This document shows positions 62,412-64,000 of a DNA stretch of 64,000 nucleotides, piece after piece. Positions within the stretch are counted from its first letter, which is position 1; each line of letters begins with the position of its first letter. The stretch is from Mytilus edulis (Eukaryota). The position numbers were made by a program, and so were the translations under genes. The DNA lies in NCBI RefSeq assembly GCF_963676685.1, contig NC_092344.1, positions 60,388,001 to 60,452,000 of the forward strand, in the 5' to 3' direction. The notes under the pieces were generated by a model. That model made no database searches, had not been told where the DNA came from, and was given only the letters and a program-made list of their open reading frames with translations.

Positions 62412-63182
62412 CTAAAATGTGAAAATGAAACATTCTTTTAGCCTTTCTCAAACATCAATAAAATGAATTTTATGTAAGTGTGTCAAAGTGTTTAGTTCAT
62501 ATGGTGAAACTTGTGTAAATCACACATAATGTATTCTTTTCTGTAACACACACACTTATTAAATTTTGTTGAGGAATTCAAGTATAGATTCATTTCAGAT
62601 GAAGATTATTCCAGGATCTTGTAATATTCTAAATTTTAATCCCTATTATAAGCTAGTATTATATTTGTCAGATTAAGTTAAGGATTTCTATTTCTGCTTT
62701 GTTTTTATATATTTTTTTCCACATTTAATAAGAAAAATACTGAATCAAATTGTTTTTACTTTATATGTTCACAAATTTATGTTACATAAAGGCCATCATA
62801 ATATTGTAAGATCATAAATACACTGAAATTTATGATGGCATTGTCTTTGTTTATACATGTAGTAAAATGTAAATACATCTTCACATAGTAAAGTGCACCA
62901 TTTCTCCTAAAAAAAATAAAGATAGTCAAATAAAATGCATAAAATAACTATAAATATAAACTAAAATAAAATGACTATATAGCAAAGAAAAAAGGTATAA
63001 AGCATCATTCTGAACAGGTTATTGGAGATAGGGTGTGAACATCATTCTGACATGCAAGAATTTTATATCTACAACCAGGAATTACATATAATACAAATTA
63101 AAGTTGTTTATGTTTTTTGCCTCCTAGTTTTTGGTTACTGTTAAATCTCCTTAAACAAATAGAGATAAATCAAAATTACACA

Positions 63183-63417
63183 GTAAAAGCATAAAAATAT
63201 AGTATATAAGCCAATACACGTAAATAACAGTGCCTTGTGATGTTTCATAGCCTGATGGGTCAGGCGCTGTTAATTATCTGTATTGGCATACAGTCAGGCT
63301 ATGAAACATCACCAGTCGCTGTTAATTATGTGTATTGGCATACAGTCAGGCTATGAAACATCACAGGCGCTGTTAATTATGTGTATTGGCTTATATACTA
63401 TATTTTCATGCTTTTAC
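63183..63417. mobile_element. Foldback element with an internal 51-bp tandem duplication
   Basis: GTAAAAGCAT.AAAATATAGTATATAAGCCAATACAC is mirrored at the right end; GCTGTTAATTAT.TGTATTGGC occurs three times; no TSD. Confidence 0.8.
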
Positions 63418-64000
63418 ATTTTTCTCGCTGATACACATAGTAAATATGGCTTCTACTAAGGAAAGCTCCATTTGGAGTTAACATGTTTAGAGACCACTTA
63501 TGTCAGTACACCTTTCCTATATGGCTTAAAAATTACAAAGTAAATCTAACGCCTTAAAGCATGAATTTTAAGTCACAGCAGCCTATTTTTTATCAGATGT
63601 TTATTTCCTCTCACAATGCATCAGTATATGAGTTTTGATGATCCAATCATTGGAAAGTACAAAGATAATACAAGGAATCAATGCAGATTTATCTCATAAC
63701 TTATAGTGAACTAGATATCAACTTAATGCAAAACTTAATTATAAATTGTAGATCAAAGTGACCTAATTGTGCAAAGATTCGGTCTGAAAGGACAGGATGC
63801 ACTACAGGCTGTTTAAACTAGTTTTATGTGTACCTGCATATGTAGAGCACATGCAAATATCAACTTAATAATTTACTACCATTTTGTCTAAATAATCATC
63901 TCCCTACATGTTTTTAATACTTTTGTTTGATTATGGATATGCATTCTTTTTCCAACTCACAGCTTCATATATGTCAAAATATTGTCATTTGGTCCCTTGT

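Overview
AT-rich animal genomic DNA. The repeat landscape and the RING-less B-box/NHL gene point to a bivalve, most likely a Mytilus mussel (recognised by eye, not searched). Host-gene content: (i) a two-exon orphan at 28262-29828 + 31352-32040 joining a disordered, SQE-repeat region in frame to an SGNH-hydrolase-like domain; (ii) a 1512-aa single-exon orphan at 40289-44827 with SIM/SUMO motifs and an unrecognised C-terminal Cys/His domain; (iii) a RING-less TRIM-like B-box/coiled-coil/NHL gene at 52417-54177 (-); (iv) the last coding exon of a GAB/DOS adaptor at 62181-62411 (-). The rest is mostly transposon-derived: a triple nest (RTE-X-like LINE, inside it an antisense LINE with a 7-bp TSD, inside that a Helentron-type HINE), several HINE/DINE-1-like elements with internal tandem arrays, a Gypsy-like gag remnant, and MITEs with 5-bp, TWA and TTAA TSDs. 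The most unusual signals are extremely small TSD-flanked palindromic insertions: two 23-bp CATAG-ended elements with 7-bp TSDs, three CAATCT-ended foldbacks with 8-9-bp TSDs, and a 39-bp insert with a 9-bp TSD. There are also three minimal type I hammerhead-ribozyme motifs. No rRNA, tRNA or CRISPR array was found.
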